A DNA stretch of 64,000 nt from Polyangiaceae bacterium (GCA_965222375.1 CBDCTZ010000014.1:608001-672000); one strand, 5' to 3'; positions 10,219 to 20,331 are shown, counted from the stretch's first letter. Notes: a model not told the origin generated them from the sequence alone. Program-made: numbers and translations.

Positions 10219-11553
10219 TTAGCGTTTGGCGACTGCGGCGCGCTTTGACGCCTTGCGAGCTTTGGCTGCACCCGCGACGACTTCCACGAAGCCTCTCCCG
10301 ATGACGCCGCCGCGATCGTCTCGGGCTTCGACTCGCACCACCCAAGGGCCCTGGCCTTTGGACTTGGGAATTACCGCTGTCATCGAACTACCCCGCTTGC
10401 GCCACTTGGTCGGGAGCGGGCGGCCATTGAGTGTGACTAGGGGTTCTGTCTTGGGCACAGCCGTGCCCTGCGCGACGTAGTCGATTCTTGCCCGAACCTG
10501 GTCCCTCGGCCACTGAGGTAGTGCTGGGGACAGGTGGACCCGGGCTGACACGCGCACGGGCAAGAGATCGAGCATCGCCTCCATCCTCCCACCTGCGGGG
10601 CGTAGACGCACGCGGGTGGGGGCGTTGCGGAATAGCCCCACGGATTGCGGCGCGGGCACGAAGTAGGAGGCGGTTCCGTAGGTCATCTCGGTTCCGCTCG
10701 TGAAGCTCAGGGCCGCTCGCTGCCCCGGACGCAACCAGATCTTCCCAGGACTGGTGCGGGCGCCCTTGGGTAGTGTGACACCTACCACCCGAATCGTGCC
10801 GGCGGGAGAAGCCGCGCTTGCCAGACCGTATTTGTCCACGGCTGCGACCTCGCTGCGGTACGTGCCTGGGCGCAACTTCTTCAGAACCTGAGGCCCGCGA
10901 CGCGCAGTGGTCTGAAACGCCAGCTCGGACGCCCCGCTCTTACCCAGCCGATGAAGCCGAACCTGGTAGGCCTGCGCGCCAGGAACCTCGGCCCACTTGA
11001 CGTGGCCGTCAGCGCCCTGACTAATCGCGACTAGTAGTGCGGTGTCGGAGTTTGGCGCGGGGGCACGCAAGATGCGTCGTACCTCGCCACTAGCGCCGTC
11101 GCCGACGGTCCGAGCTTTTCCAGCTGCGAGCGGCTTCCAGGCCATCCCAACGGCCACCAGGGCGTCTTGCGCGATTGCGGCGACGGTAGATGAACGTTCA
11201 CTGGCGACTACGCGAAAGTGACCCACTCTGGACACGATGGTGAGCCGCTTCGGCGCGCGGATCATCACCCCGCGACGCTCGCCGCCAGTCGAGAAGCGTA
11301 CGTCCACGGTTCCCCGGGTCAGCCGGAACACGTCGACCGGTATGGGACCGGCAGCCGGACCATCCAGCTCGAGCCGAAGGCCGCGTTCCCGCACCAGCGC
11401 GGACCCCGGCGAGAGAACCAACTTGGCCGGACCCCGCAATTGAACCGTCTTCTCCGCCTCCTCCGCTGTCAGTGGCCCCTTGGTCGTGGCGCCAGACAGG
11501 GACGCGGAAAGCAGGACGGCACACGCGAGAAATGAGCGATAGCGTTGCATCAC
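10219..11553 (-). CDS. Secreted FecR-like/fibronectin type III domain protein
   Basis: Signal peptide, FecR-like LTRGTVDV...GHFRV, and FN3-like WAEVPGAQAYQV...LRPGTYRSEVAAVD. Confidence 0.6.
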   Translation of the reverse strand: MMQRYRSFLACAVLLSASLSGATTKGPLTAEEAEKTVQLRGPAKLVLSPGSALVRERGLRLELDGPAAGPIPVDVFRLTRGTVDVRFSTGGERRGVMIRAPKRLTIVSRVGHFRVVASERSSTVAAIAQDALVAVGMAWKPLAAGKARTVGDGASGEVRRILRAPAPNSDTALLVAISQGADGHVKWAEVPGAQAYQVRLHRLGKSGASELAFQTTARRGPQVLKKLRPGTYRSEVAAVDKYGLASAASPAGTIRVVGVTLPKGARTSPGKIWLRPGQRAALSFTSGTEMTYGTASYFVPAPQSVGLFRNAPTRVRLRPAGGRMEAMLDLLPVRVSARVHLSPALPQWPRDQVRARIDYVAQGTAVPKTEPLVTLNGRPLPTKWRKRGSSMTAVIPKSKGQGPWVVRVEARDDRGGVIGRGFVEVVAGAAKARKASKRAAVAKR

Positions 11554-11628
11554 TCATACGGAACGGACGGACAGCGTCCCCCTGAAGCGCTCTCACCTGG
11601 ATTCGGAGCGAAATGGTGCGCGGATGTC

Positions 11629-13146
11629 CTACTCCGCCGGAGGGTTTGATACCACTGGCTGCGCTTCTCCCCGCTGGCAAGGCCCTGGCTTCTGATACGG
11701 CGTACCGGTCAGGCGCTTGGCGGTCGTCGCGGAGCGCCACATCAAGTAGTTCTTCGTGAATTGCATCGCGTTGTCTGCAGAAACATAGGGGTTCTTTAGG
11801 CTGCCTAGGTGCACCAAGAACAGGACTTGCTCCGCCACGCTGACTGGGCAGCCTTCAAAGCGAATGTGGGCATCGCCCTTAGCATCTCGAATGCGTTTCA
11901 TGACCTTCGCCATCTTCACGTAGATGTCCTCGTGCTTGGCGTGGTGCGGATCCTTGGTGGAGCGGTCCTGGTACTTGCTTCGGATCTGAACGAGTTTTCC
12001 GTCGATCTCGCCTTTGAAGGTCGCGCAGTCGCCGATGAAGATCACCTTCTCGCCTGGTTTCGCGTCGATGGGCCCGTCGTAGGCGCCAAAGACGACGTGC
12101 ATACGCGGCATGCGCTCGTCGCACTCTTCGTCGTAGACGCGGAGAATCTCGATGGCCTCTTCGATCGCGCCGGGGCAACCGCCCCAACAGTAGTCCGTAT
12201 GCTCTTTGTCTGGAGGCGGTCCGGCGTATGCCGTGATCTTCGAGCCCTCGAAGTATTTCTCCACGCGGATCAGCCCGACCTTGAACCCTGCCGCTCGCGC
12301 TTTGGCCTCTTCGAAACTGACATCACCGCTGATGCTGATCTTGCTCAAGTCTGTCGGTCCGAAACCGCGATCTGCCGTCAGCTTGATATGCGGCACGGTT
12401 TCCGGATCCACCCCGATGATCCGAGCGCACACGGCGTCGAAGGCGACCTGATTGTTGCCCATGATGATCAGGTTCATGTCGCGCGGCACGGGTGTGAGCA
12501 TCCGCCCCTCGCCTGCCACGATTGCGTCGATTGCAATGAACTCGGGCTGAATGATGTATTGAAGATCTGCGATTTTCTCATCGAGGCGGTGGTCATGGTC
12601 GATCAGGCGATGTCGGTCGTCCTGGATCCCGATGTACGCTTTGATCGAGAACGTGACCGTTGTCCACGGGTGCGCTTTGAACTTCGGGCAGTTGACGAAG
12701 AAGTCGGCCTTTGCGACAGGGTCGGGGGTGAAGAGGTAGTCACGGAGCCGCCCTGAATGGCTCAGCGGGATTTCGACCTGCGGCTCCTCCTCGAATAGGT
12801 AGCGTTTTACGCCGCCGACCCGTTGCATCATCTCGTCGTAGCCGGAGGCATCGAAGGCCATGCGGCTCGGTACCGTGATACCGCACCGCTCGCCAACCGC
12901 GAGTTCTTTCATCGCGCCGTCGTCGCGATCTCGGAGTGCTGCCAGCACTCCCTCGGTGAACTCGGGCCGCGTGTACGCATGCTGAAACAGCGGGCCTGTC
13001 GCCACCAAGTTCGGCTTGAGCAGCGTGCGACCGCGTGGTCGAAGATCGAGTTCCTCCATCCCCTCTCGGACGATTTGGCGGATCCGCTCGGGATCGTAGC
13101 CGTCGCAGTGGCGGATGATGACCTTAGGGGTGTCAGTCGGGCGCAT
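11629..13146 (-). CDS. DUF362 domain protein (putative Fe-S)
   Basis: LLKPNLV, TRPEF, VNCPKFKAH..T.VTFSIK and IDAIVAGEG, plus a Cys-containing C-terminal part. Confidence 0.88.
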   Translation of the reverse strand: MRPTDTPKVIIRHCDGYDPERIRQIVREGMEELDLRPRGRTLLKPNLVATGPLFQHAYTRPEFTEGVLAALRDRDDGAMKELAVGERCGITVPSRMAFDASGYDEMMQRVGGVKRYLFEEEPQVEIPLSHSGRLRDYLFTPDPVAKADFFVNCPKFKAHPWTTVTFSIKAYIGIQDDRHRLIDHDHRLDEKIADLQYIIQPEFIAIDAIVAGEGRMLTPVPRDMNLIIMGNNQVAFDAVCARIIGVDPETVPHIKLTADRGFGPTDLSKISISGDVSFEEAKARAAGFKVGLIRVEKYFEGSKITAYAGPPPDKEHTDYCWGGCPGAIEEAIEILRVYDEECDERMPRMHVVFGAYDGPIDAKPGEKVIFIGDCATFKGEIDGKLVQIRSKYQDRSTKDPHHAKHEDIYVKMAKVMKRIRDAKGDAHIRFEGCPVSVAEQVLFLVHLGSLKNPYVSADNAMQFTKNYLMWRSATTAKRLTGTPYQKPGPCQRGEAQPVVSNPPAE

Positions 13147-13173
13147 GCGCTGACGGTAGCACAGGGAAGCGCG

Positions 13174-13201
13174 TTGACACCCTAGGGCGAGCCACTAGGC
13201 T
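13174..13201 (+). promoter_or_regulatory. Putative sigma70 promoter (leaderless) for the 13210 gene
   Basis: TTGACA-16 bp-TAGGCT, ending 8 bp before the GTG start. Confidence 0.5.
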
Positions 13202-13209
13202 AGCGCGCA

Positions 13210-14160
13210 GTGCTCCCCCTCGGACTCCGCACTTGCGTTGCCTGCTATCCACTCCTCGCCTGCCTGACCGCTTGCGAGAATACGGCGAAAGAGGCGCCCG
13301 CTACGCCGACGCCCGCCCCCGCTCAGAAAGCCGCACCACCTGCGGCTAGCCAGCCAAAGCCCCCGGCAAAGCCAGCGGTTCCAGCGCTCCCGGATGGCAA
13401 GCTTCTACCGTTTGAATACGAAAACCACGCCACCACCGCCAAGGCGGGTGAGTTCGTGCTGGCGCCCACGCAGAGCACGGTCGAGGAAGCGATTGAAGTG
13501 GGTGCTGAGCGCCAGGCGTTCATCTACTACGGCGGCGTTCTGGAATCCGCCGATGAGACGACGAGCGTGGTCAAGAGTAGTGCTGGGCGTCGCTCGCGTC
13601 TCGCAAACGCTTTGGTCTTGCCGATTGGACCAGCTTCCCAAGCCAAGGTCGGTGACATCGTGCTCACGGCTTGGGCGAGTGGCACTGGGCTTCAACGTGG
13701 CATCGTGGTCGAAGGTGGAACTCCAGAGGCGCCCAAGGTGCGCTACCTGGATATGACGCTGGACAATCCCAGCGGCTGGGGCCAGAAGGAAGACGCACTG
13801 CCAAAAGGCAGTTTTCGCGTGCTGACCAAGCCTGGACAGCTGGGGTCTACCCTCGCATGCCAGGACAAGAACCGGCACACGCGTCAAATCGTCGTTGGCC
13901 GCAGTGGCGGCAAGCTGCTCGGCTTGGGTTTTGCGGGCAAGCTCGCGGTTTTCGACGACAAGGCGTGCCAATCGGTCCCGATCCAGCCCAAGCTCAAAGT
14001 TGGCGACTCGGTCCGTGTGCCAGTACTCGCAGTCTTCACCGCCGCGAAGGTGTCCAAGCTAGACCCGAAGATCGGTCGGGTCTGGGCTAAATACGCGCAT
14101 GGCAGTGAGGAGCGCGAGCGAGCGTTCGGGTTTGCGAACGTCTGGCCTTCTAAAGACTGA
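13210..14160 (+). CDS. Lipoprotein with tandem SH3/Tudor-like beta-barrels
   Basis: Lipobox CLTAC, Pro-rich tether, and repeated AKxGDxVL-type motifs. Confidence 0.7.
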   Translation: MLPLGLRTCVACYPLLACLTACENTAKEAPATPTPAPAQKAAPPAASQPKPPAKPAVPALPDGKLLPFEYENHATTAKAGEFVLAPTQSTVEEAIEVGAERQAFIYYGGVLESADETTSVVKSSAGRRSRLANALVLPIGPASQAKVGDIVLTAWASGTGLQRGIVVEGGTPEAPKVRYLDMTLDNPSGWGQKEDALPKGSFRVLTKPGQLGSTLACQDKNRHTRQIVVGRSGGKLLGLGFAGKLAVFDDKACQSVPIQPKLKVGDSVRVPVLAVFTAAKVSKLDPKIGRVWAKYAHGSEERERAFGFANVWPSKD

Positions 14161-17095
14161 GCAGCAGCTCGACTAGAACCCGCTGCTCTTCTGCGTCGGA
14201 GACGCTCCCCAGAGCGCGGTTGACCTCCGCGACGGCTGCAGAAGTGAGTACGGCCCGCACGCTGGCTTCGGTCAAGAAGTGGGGCAGAGTCTGCGTCAGG
14301 GCAGGGTGCGCCAGGTTGACGGTCAACTCTCCCCCGCGTGCGCGGTACTGGAACGCGGGGCCATCGCTGCTGCCGCTGGTCTTTTTCACTGGCGACCCGG
14401 TCAGGCCCAAGGCTGCCAAGTCTGTGCGCAGCTGCTGCAAGACGTCTGTGGGATCCACATCAGGCGTCTCGGCGATGGGTGCGGCGAGCCCCATATTCTG
14501 CACTTGGACGCCAAAACGGTCGGCCGGGTAAGTTGGCAGGCCGCCCAGTTCCTTCAAGCTCGCGGGCGATACTTGCGAAAGCACCTGCACCGCGGGGTGT
14601 TGGGCGTCGAGCACGAAGTCCGAGGCACCCTCTGGGAACTCGCCAAAGGAGGTGCCATCTCCGCGGGTGAACCAAATGGAATGGCGCTGCCCGAGAACCT
14701 CGATGATCTCATCCGCGGTGACGACTTGCCCCGACGCCGTGGTCAGCTCTGCAGCCAGCGGCGCGCCCAGTAGTGCTAGATGCCAGGTGTAGAGCTCAAC
14801 ATCTTCTGGTTCCCAGCTCGGCGCGTGCTCGTGAAACAAGTCGACGGCAACCGCTAGTGCCAAACTGGCGACAGCCTCCCGGGCATTCGGGCTGAGTGCG
14901 GGCATGCCCGTCAATTCGCCCACGGCGCGTAGTACTTGATCGACTTGGGGGTCGGGCAGATCGATCAACAGGTTTCCGCCGATCGGCAAGATCCCATTGA
15001 TGCCGACTCGATCCAGATACACGTCTCCATGCCGCGCCAAGAGATCGCCGCGCAGATGCGTGCGAATCTGATGCTGGCTCGAATACTTCGGTGTGAGCCA
15101 CAAGTAGCCGGTGACCATCGTGCCGCCATCCGCCGCCGGCCCACTCAGCCACGTGCGCGGAACCGCTTCGGGTACGGCAGCCTCGAGCTCCTTGCGCAAC
15201 GCTTGCATTCCGACCTCTGCCACTTGCGCAGCGATGTCGTCTTCCTGCGTCTTGGGCGATGGCGCCGTGAAGTCCAGGTTCGGACGCAGGCTGTCGTCAT
15301 TGACGACGGCGTACATAGGCCACGAAGCCGAGTCGGCGATCTGGCACAGAGGCCGCCGCTCAGTGTGAAGGTGGATGCCCCGTTCGGCTGCCGACTGGTT
15401 TGGATGACATATGCCGACCTCCCCATGCAGTGTGCCTAGCTCGATGCGCGTCGACACCAGGTGCTGGGCGCGGACGGCGGCCGGTATCTCGACGGCTTCG
15501 ATTTGAGGAGCTTGCTTGCGCAGGTCGGCGTTCCGGTAGCGAAGCAGCTGCTTGGTGGCATCCCGACCCTTGAGCCGTACCTTGAGGGCGGCGACTTCCT
15601 CTTCGCTCAGGTAGAGGATAGGTGTGCGATAGGCCCGCTCGGGGAACGGCGGGTCGAGGGAGGTGAATCGGAAAGTGTCCCCCATTTCCGACAAGCTGTA
15701 GTGCGCGCCCAGAATCGTTGGAAACACTGCCAGCTCCTCGGTCCCCTCGAGAAGCGGCGCACCCTGTGCGAGGCGTCGGCAAATCAACGTCCGAATTCGC
15801 ACTCGGACGAAGTCCGGGAGTTCGTCTAGCTGATCCCCGAGGGTGACCAAGCGTTTCGACACACAGTGCACGACTTCTCGCAGTAGCTCCTGCTTGCTCG
15901 CCGCCGTGTCGTCGGCGCGCTCCCAACGCAGAGTTGCGCGCATGGGAATCACGAGATCGCTCGAGATCTCGCGCGGCACGTCGTCCAACCCGGTGAGCGT
16001 CACACTGAACGCATCGTCATCGACGATCTCAATCTCGCCCACCGCCAGCTGGACCCCAATCTCCTCGAGTTTCATTCGCAGCAGCGGATGGCGCGCCAGT
16101 CCCTCGAGCCGTGGGGCGGCAACTTTGCCACCCGCGCGACGTCGGGCCGCCAGGGCGGCGGCGGCTTCGCTGACGTCGCGAGCGTGGTCGAACAGTATGT
16201 GCAAGATTTCGCGACGAATGGCGCCCGAGGCCGTAGTCGATGTTCGCAGCACGGGTCGGTCTAGATCCGAAGTGGCCTCGCCGCTTGGCCAAGGTGACAG
16301 GTCGAAGCGGCAATACCAGATGGAGCCATCGGCTCGTACCGCTTCCTTCAATCTGACGTCTGGACCCTGCAGGGTTGGCCACGGCATGGCCGCGGACAAC
16401 AAGTCGTCCCGGAATCCATTGTCGCCGCAGTCCAAGAGGGCGCTCAGCAACGCAAGGCAGCGGGCATCTTGCACCACGTTCAGTGCCGGATCTTCCGCGG
16501 CGAGAAGCGTTTGCGCCAGCTCGATGGCTACAGTCTTCACGCACGTTTTCAGTTCGAGGCTGTCGGGTTTGGAAAGCAGTGCGACCGCGACGGCAGATTT
16601 CAGATTCCGCACATCGATGCGCGCCGAAACAGGGAGGCCGGTCACGTTCCAGGCTAGCCGAGCAACGGGGCGGTTGTTCAGCGTGACCTCGATGCTTTCA
16701 GCGCCGCGGTAGAGTTGCTCCCTCGGCAAGGCGACCGTCGTCGTCACCGGCCACCCGCTGCTGTTGCCCTCCCGTGTGAGCGTGGGGCATTGGGGGCTCG
16801 AAAGTGGGCAAGGCTCATCCGCCGCCAGCTCCGGCTTGTCCATGTGGCGCGCCAAAGCGCGCCGTTGTTCGATCTTCGACCGCTCCTCGTCGAGGCGCTC
16901 CTCCGCCGGCGCGAGGCCGGGATACAGCGCCGACAACGCCTGGAGCATGTCGCGATCGGCCGCGAGCAGCGGACGGAATTCGCCAGTTTCGAAGCCCGGA
17001 GCCTGACGCAGCACGGGGACGGGGCCCGCGGGGTCGTGCACTCGCTCGAATTCCTTCGGACTGATGCGAGTAGGTGATCCATCAGGCCCGACCCA
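14150..17095 (-). CDS. Large Hsp90-middle-domain-repeat-like protein; 5' end disrupted or uncertain
   Basis: About 980 protein-like codons within ORF 14150..17443. Repeated 'P.F.T..G..vsl.e....i.f' units and C-terminal ELTVNLAHP. The first ~115 codons of the ORF are a shadow frame of the upstream gene. Confidence 0.6.
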   Translation of the reverse strand, partial: WVGPDGSPTRISPKEFERVHDPAGPVPVLRQAPGFETGEFRPLLAADRDMLQALSALYPGLAPAEERLDEERSKIEQRRALARHMDKPELAADEPCPLSSPQCPTLTREGNSSGWPVTTTVALPREQLYRGAESIEVTLNNRPVARLAWNVTGLPVSARIDVRNLKSAVAVALLSKPDSLELKTCVKTVAIELAQTLLAAEDPALNVVQDARCLALLSALLDCGDNGFRDDLLSAAMPWPTLQGPDVRLKEAVRADGSIWYCRFDLSPWPSGEATSDLDRPVLRTSTTASGAIRREILHILFDHARDVSEAAAALAARRRAGGKVAAPRLEGLARHPLLRMKLEEIGVQLAVGEIEIVDDDAFSVTLTGLDDVPREISSDLVIPMRATLRWERADDTAASKQELLREVVHCVSKRLVTLGDQLDELPDFVRVRIRTLICRRLAQGAPLLEGTEELAVFPTILGAHYSLSEMGDTFRFTSLDPPFPERAYRTPILYLSEEEVAALKVRLKGRDATKQLLRYRNADLRKQAPQIEAVEIPAAVRAQHLVSTRIELGTLHGEVGICHPNQSAAERGIHLHTERRPLCQIADSASWPMYAVVNDDSLRPNLDFTAPSPKTQEDDIAAQVAEVGMQALRKELEAAVPEAVPRTWLSGPAADGGTMVTGYLWLTPKYSSQHQIRTHLRGDLLARHGDVYLDRVGINGILPIGGNLLIDLPDPQVDQVLRAVGELTGMPALSPNAREAVASLALAVAVDLFHEHAPSWEPEDVELYTWHLALLGAPLAAELTTASGQVVTADEIIEVLGQRHSIWFTRGDGTSFGEFPEGASDFVLDAQHPAVQVLSQVSPASLKELGGLPTYPADRFGVQVQNMGLAAPIAETPDVDPTDVLQQLRTDLAALGLTGSPVKKTSGSSDGPAFQYRARGGELTVNLAHPALTQTLPHFLTEASVRAVLTSAAVAEVNRALGSVSDAEEQRVLVELLLSL

Positions 17096-18711
17096 AGTCC
17101 CAACAGCATCCCCACGGCTCGGGGCGCTGACCTGGCCTTGCGCCGAGCGGTCTTCACGGCGTGGTGGCTCAGGTTCAGGAACAGTTCGCGCTGAGCCCCG
17201 AAACTCACCGTCGCCTTCGGGAGCTGTGCCACGGGAATCAACCGCTCTCTGCCTTGCTCCAGAAGCAGACCCACGCGCTGTCCTGCGGCGCCAATGGTGT
17301 GCGCGAGCGCCACCCGGGCCACCGTGCGCCCCGCGGACTGCAGCAAGCTGGCCATCGCCTGACACATGGCGGCGTCGTGCTGCGTTTGGTCGGTGGGCGG
17401 CATTTCTTGCACGAATACGTATTCGCTGCGGACGTCGCGGCACGCTCGCGGTGACAATAGGGCGCGGGGGTTGAACAAGCCCGCAAGGGCATCGGCGATC
17501 TCGGGTGCCGCCGCGAGCACGACGGGGTGGCCACCGCCACTGATGGCCCGAGTCATGCCGTCAGTGGAGCGAGATAGCAGTAGCGGCTTGCGCCACGGAG
17601 TCTGACTGTCCAACTGCTCGGCGGTCATGCTGCGCATGCCGCCGACGGGGTCCGCCAAGGGAAAGTGCATCTGCTCCTTGTCGAAGGCGGGTTGGTAGGC
17701 GAGGGCGGCGGCCTGCAGCGCCACCAGGCGCCCCGGCTCACCTCCAGCAGCCACCTGCCTGGACTCCTCCGCCATCTCGTTCAGAAGTTTTTGCCGCAGG
17801 GGCCCCTTCGCGATCTTGCGAAGTCGGTTCAACACGTCCGCGAAGTTGCCGTCCCGCCGCACGTTGTCGCGGCTGAGGGTGTGGGCCAGTTTGGGGCTCT
17901 CCACTTTGAAGGACACGTGGCCGAGACCTTCGAAGTCGTCAGCTCGAGCTTCGTATAAGGTCAGGCCACATTTGTAGAAGCCGGCAAAGCCAGTTGCTTG
18001 TTCCGAGCCCTCGCCCTCCCTGCCGCGACCCGTGCCCACGACGAAGACGCTGCCCGCTTCTTCGAGCCTCACGCTCACAGCGCAATTCACCCCCAAGGGA
18101 ACGTCGATGCGTTCATGTTCGTCTTCGGCGTTGCCGCCGAAGTCCCCGGTCGTCACCCGGATCGGAACGTGCGCGTGGCGGCACCATCGGCGCAGTGCGG
18201 AAAGGCTGGCGGAGCAGTGGGCAGCGTGCTCCTCGGCGGTGGCCTTCTTCAGCAACGCCACGGTCGTGCCCGAGCCCGACCGCGCCTCCAAGCTCTCGAT
18301 TTCGTAGCTATGGTCGCTCAGCAACGTGAGGCGGTGGGCAGCTCCGTCCCGCCAGGTTTCGACGACGACCTCCTCCGGCTCGATCGCAAGCACGCTCACG
18401 AAGCCGACGCCGTACTTGCCTACCTTGGACTCATCCCCTTCCTTGGTCGAGGAGAAGAGCGTCAGCAGGTTGTTCTGCAGGACATCCAGACTCATCCCCT
18501 GGCCCGAATCCGTGATTGCCGACCGTGAGATGCCGTCGGCCCCACGGAAGATCGTGACGTCGACGGACTGAGAGCCCGCGTCGATCGCGTTCTGAACCAA
18601 CTCTCGGTACAGCGCATAGGGATCGGCGAACTGGCGCACGATGTCCGCAACGAACCCTGTCTGGGGTGCTTCTTTCTTCTTCGCAGAGTCGCTCTTGCTG
18701 CGGTAGGGCAC
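16744..18711 (-). CDS. Divergent Hsp90/GHKL ATPase (HATPase_c); true 3' end probably near 17100
   Basis: GHKL motifs RELVQNAIDA, DSGQGM, GKYGVGFVS, GTTV. Middle-domain-like HTLSRDNVRRD and C-terminal LFLNLSHHAV. Confidence 0.85.
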   Translation of the reverse strand: MPYRSKSDSAKKKEAPQTGFVADIVRQFADPYALYRELVQNAIDAGSQSVDVTIFRGADGISRSAITDSGQGMSLDVLQNNLLTLFSSTKEGDESKVGKYGVGFVSVLAIEPEEVVVETWRDGAAHRLTLLSDHSYEIESLEARSGSGTTVALLKKATAEEHAAHCSASLSALRRWCRHAHVPIRVTTGDFGGNAEDEHERIDVPLGVNCAVSVRLEEAGSVFVVGTGRGREGEGSEQATGFAGFYKCGLTLYEARADDFEGLGHVSFKVESPKLAHTLSRDNVRRDGNFADVLNRLRKIAKGPLRQKLLNEMAEESRQVAAGGEPGRLVALQAAALAYQPAFDKEQMHFPLADPVGGMRSMTAEQLDSQTPWRKPLLLSRSTDGMTRAISGGGHPVVLAAAPEIADALAGLFNPRALLSPRACRDVRSEYVFVQEMPPTDQTQHDAAMCQAMASLLQSAGRTVARVALAHTIGAAGQRVGLLLEQGRERLIPVAQLPKATVSFGAQRELFLNLSHHAVKTARRKARSAPRAVGMLLGLGSGLMDHLLASVRRNSSECTTPRAPSPCCVRLRASKLANSVRCSRPIATCSRRCRRCIPASRRRRSASTRSGRRSNNGALWRATWTSRSWRRMSLAHFRAPNAPRSHGRATAAGGR

Positions 18712-18715
18712 GGGT

Positions 18716-20200
18716 TCAGTCGTTGATTGCGTCAGAAGACGCTGGGGGCGTTGATGCAGCGTTCCAAGTCGGCGCCGTCAGCCGACGTTTTCCTTTTGGG
18801 TCCAGGCGCACGCCAGCCTCGTCGAGGTTCTTGCGGTCCCATAGCTTGCAGGTCACGACTTTGTGCTTTTGGTCCAGCCCCTCGCAGTAGTTGGTGAACT
18901 TGCAGCGTCGGATCTCACTGCCCCGGCCCAGCCGCATCTTGCGAAACCAGTCCGGATCCGCGAGGGACTGACGTGCGGCAGCCACCACATCGGCTTGTTC
19001 TTGGCGCAGGATCCCCTCGGCTTGGTCGAAGGTGGCGATGCCGCCAGCGACGATGACCGGCGTATCCCGCCCCGCGGCCCGGAGGTGCCGGCGCACCTCG
19101 GTGGACGCCGCCAAGTTCCGGCCGAAGGGGCCGGGTGCATCCGCCAAGGTTGTGGGCATGCACTCCCATCCGCTGGGGCCCGTGTAGGGATATGCGGCAT
19201 CACCGACTTTGGGTTGCTTGGCGTCGTCGAACTTCCCGCCCCGGGACAGAGAAAGAAAATCGACGCCAGCGTTGGATAGCTCCAGGGCAATCGCCTTGGC
19301 CTCCTCGACGCCGTTGCCGCCGGCGATGCACTCATCCGCGAGGAAGCGCACGCCGACCACGAAATCCTTGGACACCGCAGCCCTCACGGTCCGGAAGACT
19401 TCCAGGGGCAGACGCAGGCGGTCTTGCAGGGCCCCTCCGTAGCCATCCTCCCGGGTGTTTGTCGCCGAGAGGAAGGAGGCCATCGTGTAGGCGTGGGCGT
19501 AGTGAAGCTCGACGCCGCCGAGGCCCGCCTTCTCGGCCCGCCTGGCCGCCGCAGCAAATAGCTCCGGAAGCACTCGAGGCAGGTCGCGAATGCGCTCGAG
19601 GTGCATATCCGTGACCCGCTCTCGGTAGCCGAACTGGAGGGACTCCAACTCCCGCGGGGTCAGTACATCCTGCAGCTGCTCCTCCGGCAATACATGCAGG
19701 CGCTCGCGGACCTTTGCCTCGTCGGAACATCGAAAGTACTCCCGATGCTGGTCCGTGACCTCCAAAAAGCGGCTGAAGTACTTGTGGGCCGGAGGGCGCC
19801 TTCGAATGTTCAAGAAATCGATCAGCTGCACGAGCAGCAGCGTCTTGCCCCCGCTTGCGGCAGCGACGCGCTGTGCAACCCGTGCCAGACCCGGGATGAA
19901 GCGATCATCTCCAAGGCGCAGCAAGGGTCCACTCGGAACGTCGCGAACGCCCGTGGCCTCGAGCACCAGCCCGCCCGGTGTGCCGCGTGCGAAGCGCTCG
20001 TACCACTCGATCACGGCATCGGTGACGTCGCCACCTTCGGTGGCACGCCAAGGAACCATGGCCGGGACCCAGGTGCGCTCGCGAAGCTCGAAGCGACCTG
20101 ACCGAATCGGTTGAAAAAGCAGAGCCCGCCCAGCCTCCTGCTCCGGGGGCCAGCGGGCGTCCAGCAAGGCGTGACGGGTGGCGTTGGGCGGGTGCCACAT
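18716..20200 (-). CDS. NADH:flavin oxidoreductase (old yellow enzyme family)
   Basis: LFQPI, GGVELHYAHAYTMASFLS..N.R.DGYGG, AARQSLADPDW, and C-terminal C..NYC...C. Confidence 0.92.
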   Translation of the reverse strand: MWHPPNATRHALLDARWPPEQEAGRALLFQPIRSGRFELRERTWVPAMVPWRATEGGDVTDAVIEWYERFARGTPGGLVLEATGVRDVPSGPLLRLGDDRFIPGLARVAQRVAAASGGKTLLLVQLIDFLNIRRRPPAHKYFSRFLEVTDQHREYFRCSDEAKVRERLHVLPEEQLQDVLTPRELESLQFGYRERVTDMHLERIRDLPRVLPELFAAAARRAEKAGLGGVELHYAHAYTMASFLSATNTREDGYGGALQDRLRLPLEVFRTVRAAVSKDFVVGVRFLADECIAGGNGVEEAKAIALELSNAGVDFLSLSRGGKFDDAKQPKVGDAAYPYTGPSGWECMPTTLADAPGPFGRNLAASTEVRRHLRAAGRDTPVIVAGGIATFDQAEGILRQEQADVVAAARQSLADPDWFRKMRLGRGSEIRRCKFTNYCEGLDQKHKVVTCKLWDRKNLDEAGVRLDPKGKRRLTAPTWNAASTPPASSDAIND

Positions 20201-20216
20201 GATCGCGCGCCAGCAT

Positions 20217-20292
20217 AGCCCGTACCTTGCGCTGCGCCGAGGCCAAGGAGCCCGTACCTTGCGCTGCGCCGAGGCCTAGGAGCCCGTCCCTT
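20217..20292. repeat. 32-bp tandem repeat, 2 full copies plus a partial third
   Basis: AGCCCGTACCTTGCGCTGCGCCGAGGCC(A/T)AGG at 20217 and 20249, partial at 20281. Confidence 0.9.
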
Positions 20293-20331
20293 GGCGCCCA
20301 CGGAGGGCAGGGCTAGCCTCGCGGAGTTCTC

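Noticed and set aside
20217..20292. 32-bp repeat as a mini-CRISPR
   Set aside because: The units are directly adjacent with no spacers.
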